DNA of 64,000 nucleotides from Selaginella moellendorffii (Eukaryota; Plantae; Lycopodiophyta): NCBI RefSeq assembly GCF_000143415.4, contig NW_003314327.1, positions 981,403 to 1,045,402 of the forward strand, read 5' to 3'. Shown piece by piece: positions 60,405 to 64,000 of this stretch (position 1 is its first letter; each line of letters starts with the position of its first letter). The notes under the pieces were generated by a model. It saw only the letters and a program-made list of their open reading frames with translations, ran no database searches and was not told where the DNA came from. The position numbers and the translations under genes were made by a program.

Positions 60405-63400
60405 TCGGAACCGAGACCGAGACCGAGGCCGAGGCCGAGACCGAGCCCGAGCCCGAGTCCGAGTCCGAATCCGAGTCCGAGTCCGAGTCCGAGTTCAAGT
60501 CCGAGTCCGAGTCCGAGTCCGGAGCCTGAGAGGGTGAAAGCCCAAAGCGTTCGTCTCCCAGACCCTGGGGGGTTTGGTGAGCTCCAAAAGTATAGTAGGG
60601 GGGAGGACTGCAGTGGAGCCAGTTTGGCCAGGAAAGGCCAGTTTGGCCCAGGAAGGCCGGACCCAGTGTTGGGTGATGAGCTGCCCACTGGGAAGTCCAA
60701 GACTAGAGTGAACACAGACCGACAAGCGGGGAAGCTTGGTGAAGTGTTCAAGAGCCGGCTCTAGTTCCCCCGGGAGATCGACTGGCCGATGCTCCCAGTC
60801 CAAGTGTGGGTGGCACTACCTACTTGGATACCTGGTGTGGCTCAACGGAACCCGCTCTAAGCCCATGGCTAGAGCACCCAAGGGCAGAAGGCGAGGAGAG
60901 TACCCAGGTGGCTCGCGTAAGGCCACGGTGTTCCGAAATGTTGTCCCAAAGGCCCAGACTGTGGAAAGGAAGAGGAGCAGTCCTCTGGGGTAGTGACCAA
61001 GGACACAGTCGTGTGGTGAGGAAGTCCCAGAGGACCGTGGGACTTAGTGGTCGGGCCTGTGGGTCTCGATCTAGTGGCAGTGTTGGCAAACACGGCCAGG
61101 GGCAGAAAGGGACTTAGTGGGGACTGACAGAGGGATATTGGGGAAGGCTATTCCCCTTGTCGGTGGGCATCCTAAGGATGCTAAGGAGTGGATCTGAGAT
61201 GACCACTCACGGATGGTTTGCCTAGTCTTGGAGAGCCAAGACGGTGATGCAAGTGGTATTGGACTACCAGTGTGGCAAAGGTGATTGGGCATGGCCTTAG
61301 CGTAACGGGCTGCTATGTCGGTGGTACCTTTGAGTGTCGGTCATGGGATCGGACACGTGGAGCACTTGGACCAAGTGCAAATGTTGAGTGGCATGGATGC
61401 CATTCTCGGGGCTAGCAAGTCCCAAGTCCTGGATTGGACTTATGGAGGTTGTGAATGAGACTCCTCCAAGTGGTCAGAGGTGTGGTTAAGTGACTAAAGT
61501 AGAATGGAAAATTTAGTCGCTTACAGTTTGGTGCAAAGGGTTCACATTTGTTCCTTGGTTATAGTTTAGGTTACCTTTTGTACCTAATAATGTGAGCTTG
61601 CTCTTGGGCTTATAGGATGGATTTGAGATGTTCCGTTCACACGAGTTTGAGCTTGGGCTCGTGAGTGAGGCACATTAGCAACTTGAGGTTATGCTTTGAG
61701 TTGGCAGGATTAATGTTAGCCTATCGGTGGTTCCATAAGTTGTTCCATGTACCATGGGTGAAAGCAAACCTCCTTGGGTTTGCTATGAGTGGCAAATAAG
61801 CTGGTCCGTAGCTGTTTAGCACGGCACTAGTAGATCCTTCCTAGGCATGATTACAAGTGGATCAACTAAGACTGTAGGCATTAGTTTATTGGTTCAAGTA
61901 ATCATTGTTGTGCTCTCTCATAAACTTTTCTTGGATTGGACTGAAGGCAGTGCGAAAGCAAGCTTGAGGTTTGGTCAAAGATGAGACCGAAAAGAGAGTC
62001 ATCGGGAACGGAGGATCAAACACGTAAATCATCTTTTCTTCTTGGAGAGATGATTTGCAACAAGGTGTTAACTCATTGCTCGTGTTCACATCATGCAATC
62101 AAGAGTCCCTACCTTGATGCATCTTGGAGATGATGGTCTTACAAATGGTGAGTTATGGGATGGATAGTGGTGAAACACTATACCATTTTGTCTAAGCTTG
62201 TTATTGGAAGACTTGGGTTGCAATGTTCAATTCTTTTCCGAAAAACCTTGCTATTGCTCCTTGAGTAACTTGGTGTTGGATTAGTTTTGAGTTTGGTTGG
62301 ATAGAGAGTGGCATGAGCTTGTCCGTGTTATGAACAAAAGTTAGTGGTGTTAGGTGTTGTAAATCTCTATCAGTGGAGTGTGGCATTTATGTTGCATTTT
62401 GTCGAATCGAGTTGGCACTTGATACTCACATAAACCTTTGTAGTAGTGACATTGGCATTGCTCGTGGTGTTACTCAATTGATGATCAAGTTATTGTGATA
62501 ATTATATCATATCCATGTGATAATGAGCAATGTGTTTACAAAGTTGCTTGGTTAAACGATGATCAACCCCAAAGTGGTTGATGGTGAGGCTAGTCTACTT
62601 GCACGAAGTAGCATTGTAGTAGCTTTGACTAGATTCTCAATGGTGGTTCATTATGCTAAGCTTAAGTTGGTTCCTTGTTCCTTGTTTCCTTGAGGGTTTG
62701 CCCATAAAGTGTTGGAAAGGATTATAGCATTCACTTGCTATAGCTTGTTGGTTTATCCGTTAACACTTGGAGTAGATTGTTGGATGAAGAAGGTGTGTAG
62801 TTGAGGCATTAACATCGCTTACACTTGTGTTAGTGGAAGTGGCATTATTATTTCAAGTGATGAGGAATTTTCCTTAGAGCTTGATTTTCCATGTCATTTT
62901 TCTTGTTAGTGTTTTAGCTTCACATTGGATCTTGAAGGTGGTTGAAGAAGAGTGTTAGTGCAATGTGGATATTTGAAGATGTGGTCTTCGTGATCAAGTC
63001 TTGGATATTCCATTTGCATTTTTATAGATATCAATGTTGGATGACGAAAGAATGGGCAAAAAGATGTTCGATGCTTAAGCATGCTATGGGTCTCGAGAAT
63101 TTGTGTTGAGGTGAGCCTATGTGAAGTTGTTAAGTAGGAGGAAGTTGGTTGAGTCTTGAAAGTTTGCATTCCTGGACTAAGAGTCATTCTTTCTCTAGGA
63201 TGGAAAATTTTCCATAAATTTTCTTAGACTTTTCCAATGGCTGATCTGTTATCATTTTGTCCAAAAACCATTCCGTTTTCGTAAGCCAATACAAACTAGT
63301 GAAGGGGTTAGAGTTGATTTTGGTTGGCTTAGACCTTAATAGATAGTTTGTATGATGCGGCCCGAAAGGGATGCTAACTTTTGGGGCTAAGGCAATTGAG

Positions 63401-64000
63401 TTGGATAGAGTCTGGAGTTAGTGTAAAAAAGTGGCCGCTGCATTTTTCTAGAAAGGTGACCCTTGTGCCTTTCTTTTGTAACGTTATGCTTGGTGGCAGC
63501 TTGCACTTTGCATTTCGTTAGACTCTATGAGAGTAGTGAGCTCTCACTGATCTTGACTTGGTCTTGGTGGCCCTGCGCCTTGGCTGAGGATGGTGATGTC
63601 CAACTTAGTTGTTTGAGTTTGAGATGTTAGTACCCATATTATAGCTTTGTCTATGAGGAAGTTGTGTACCAATATAGATCCATCTCATGGTCTTCACTTT
63701 AGTTTCAGCTGAGTGTTGATCATGCATAGCTAGCCTCTTCAAGGTATGCTTAGAGCTAGTGGCTAAATGCATTAGTGAACTTATTGCAGTTGAGTTGGAT
63801 TCGAGTGGTCATTTAGTTTGTGCTTGTCAATGAACTTTTATCTCATACCGAAGGTATCACATTCATGTTGGACAAGTGTATGACTAAATGACGTGAGTTT
63901 AGTGTTTGGGTCTCATGAAAGCAAGTTGAAAAAGTGATGGTTAGTTGCTTGGCAACTAGTGATTGCTTGTAGACTTTGTCAAGGACTGTTGACACTTGCT

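Larger units (their letters stand above)
53781..61525 (+). mobile_element. Complete young non-autonomous LTR element A4 (LARD-like): LTRs 53781-55590 and 59699-61525, TSD GTTTG
   Basis: Near-identical ~1.8-kb LTRs; PBS TGGTATCGGAGC 55594-55605; PPT before 59699; 4.1-kb internal region with only short ORFs (<140 aa) and no recognisable gag/pol domain. Confidence 0.93.
52517..64000 (+). mobile_element. Degenerate LTR element 'C': 5' LTR 52517-53672, iMet PBS 53675-53685, internal region split by A4 and running off the window
   Basis: TG..CA boundaries where A3 colinearity stops; TGGTATCAGAG; internal region has no intact ORF, superfamily not assignable by eye. Confidence 0.65.

Noticed and set aside
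53891-60764. Long SR/RD/SD-rich ORFs in all frames (also at 23-27, 33 and 44 kb)
   Set aside because: By-products of a stop-poor LTR minisatellite; open on both strands with no protein domain
61531-64000. Assigning element C to Copia or Gypsy
   Set aside because: Too degenerate to read domain order by eye; needs a frameshift-aware HMM search

Overview
Eukaryotic land-plant DNA, most likely the lycophyte Selaginella (inferred from ~50-nt introns, 60-300-bp intergenic spacers and the plant gene set; not proven). Bases 1-21.9 kb form a very compact block of 10 intron-containing or single-exon genes: TOPBP1/MEI1-like, 4CL, O-fucosyltransferase, VPS29, IRKI/GIL1-like, DUF1677, PHF1, MAGL-type lipase, GH116 glucosylceramidase and a divergent Pol IV/V second subunit. 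From ~22 kb to the end lies a nested LTR-retrotransposon island. It holds several copies of a non-coding LARD-like family ('A'), a full-length Ty3/gypsy chromovirus ('B'), a short-LTR tRNA-Trp-primed deleted gypsy ('D') and a degenerate iMet-primed element ('C'). Most striking, the integrase gene of chromovirus B is interrupted by host-sized (46 and 52 nt, possibly a third of 53 nt) spliceosomal-type introns whose removal exactly restores conserved integrase motifs. It is followed by a strong splice donor and a ~250-nt covarying hairpin array (GGAG, GACA and two tRNA T-loop hairpins) that the non-coding family A also keeps. This suggests a retrovirus-like system: splice to make integrase, stay unspliced to be packaged, parasitised by family A. 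Exon boundaries were read by eye; no database searches were run.
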